Assembly (NCBI GenBank): GCA_003971905.1 | Contig: RSEE01000030.1 | Span: 124,001 to 188,000 of the forward strand | DNA from: Moniliella sp. 'wahieum' | Lineage: Eukaryota | Direction of reading: 5' to 3' | Length of the DNA stretch: 64,000 nt | Part shown: piece by piece, positions 62,615 through 64,000 of the stretch | Layout: each line of letters starts with the position of its first letter | Numbering within the stretch: position 1 is the stretch's first letter | Program-made: the position numbers and the translations under genes | Notes under the pieces: generated by a model | Told to the model about the DNA's origin: nothing | The model's database searches: none | Seen by the model: the letters and a program-made list of their open reading frames with translations, nothing else

Positions 62615-64000
62615 ATGGGCCGCGAGATTATTACCTTCAGTGTTGGCCAGGCCGGCACCCAAGTCGGCACTGAATTCTGGCAAACCCTTCTCCGGAGCAC
62701 GGACTGGATATTGAGGGCCACTATGTGGGCCACTCGGACCACGAGCTGAGCAAGGTGGGCGTTTTTTTTGAGTCGGCGTCTGACAACAAGTACGTTCCCC
62801 GCTCCATCACGGTCGATTTGGAGCCGGGCACAATCGATGTGGTGCGTGCTGGCCGTCTGGGCCATCTGTTCCGCCCCGACTCTTTGCTGTCGGGCAGTTC
62901 GGGCGCCGGGAACAGCTTTGCCAAGGGGTATTATACCGAAGGTGCGTTGCTCCCTTTCTTGGGACTATTTCCAAACATACTGACTTCAATTCACCGCAGG
63001 GCCGAACTGATCGATTCCATCATGGATGTTGCCCGTAAGGAGGCTGAGAAGACGGATGTGCTACAAGCTTCCAGCTCCTCCACAGTCTCGGTGGAGGAAC
63101 GGGGTCAGGGTTGGGAACTAACTTACTCACAAAATTACGGGAAGAGTACCCGGATCGCACCCTTTCGTCCTGGTCGGTGCTGCCGAGTCCCAAAGTGAGC
63201 GATGTGGTGGTGGAACCGTACAATGCGACGTTGAGTTTCCATCAACTTGTGGAATGCCGATTTGACGTTCTGTTTGGACAACGAAGCGTTGTTTGACATC
63301 TGCATGAAGACCCTTCGCATCCGCGACCCCACCACCATCGAACTGAACAAGGTGATTGCCAAGGCCATGTCAGGTGTGTCAACAACGCTGCCTTTCCTGG
63401 ACAACTCAACTCGGATCTGCGCAAGCTTGGGGTCACATGGTGCCTTTCCCTCGTCTTCACTTCTTCACCGTTGGCTATGCGCCTCTGGTCTCGATGGGAT
63501 CTAAGGCCTATACCAATCTCAAAGTCGCTGAGCTGGTGCAGCAGGGCCTTGCTCAGGCAACACTATGGCACGGTTGATGCTCGCTGTACGTCCTCTCTCC
63601 CTCCCTCCTTCTTTGTCGTGTTTTGCTCTCCGTGCTCATCACTGACTCCTGTGGTATTTCCTTCCCCATTTCAGTGGGTAAATATCTCACGATTGGAGCC
63701 AACTTCCGTGGCAAGACGATCACGAGCAAAGATGTGGAGGATGAAATGTTCCAAGTCCAGCAAAAGAACGGGGCCGGGTTTGTCGATTGGATCCCTCAAA
63801 ACATTACCTCCTCCCTTTGCGATGTGCCCCCCGTCGATTCCCCGTCAGCGCCACCTTTATCTCCAACACGACGGCAGTACAGGAACTGTTTAAGCGAACC
63901 CAAGTCCAGTTTGCCGCCATGTTCCGTCGTCGAGCCTTCCTTCACTGGTACACGGCCGAGGGCATGGACGAGATGGAGTTCACCGAGGCCGAGTCGAACC
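62615..64000 (+). CDS. Beta-tubulin, divergent isotype; runs off the window; introns 62942-62999 and 63585-63674
   Basis: REII....GQAG.QVG..FW, KYVPR...[51 protein letters not shown] and [27 protein letters not shown]. Confidence 0.93.

Noticed and set aside
5846..64000. Calling the frameshifted genes pseudogenes or programmed frameshift sites
   Set aside because: Indels affect essential genes uniformly and have no consistent slippery motif, so assembly error explains them best.

Overview
Gene-dense (roughly 55-65% GC by eye) eukaryotic DNA from a basidiomycete fungus, probably Ustilaginomycotina, judged from short GT-AG introns with CTRAC branch points and basidiomycete-type proteins. Nearly every gene, including essential ribosomal proteins and clathrin, has 1-bp frameshifts. 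The assembly therefore looks like unpolished long reads, and many CDS boundaries are approximate. The window holds about 23 protein genes: a DENN/Anr2-like protein, a GDPD, a dual-specificity phosphatase, Egt2-like and Aro8-like PLP enzymes, RPL7, two LIM proteins, a YTH-like orphan, CHC1, SNX4, ATG6, RPS27, RPL19, an NDUFAF2-like protein, DUT1, GPI18, two MFS transporters, PFA4, an MDR oxidoreductase, two TGL2-like lipases, RPP1 and a divergent beta-tubulin. It also holds two intron-containing tRNAs and an intronic C/D snoRNA. Most notable observations: (1) an inverted duplication of the DAL5-like permease locus about 42 kb apart, with one copy lacking about 920 bp; (2) a family of intergenic 7-bp-period repeats, each built from a different A....T palindromic hexamer; (3) a degenerate YTH-like orphan gene in a lower-GC island; (4) an RPL7-intron snoRNA in the Gm805 register; (5) a TAGGGTT motif in all ribosomal-protein promoters; (6) a beta-tubulin isotype with substitutions at benzimidazole-site residues. 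No CRISPR array, transposase, mating-type gene or secondary-metabolite backbone gene was recognised.
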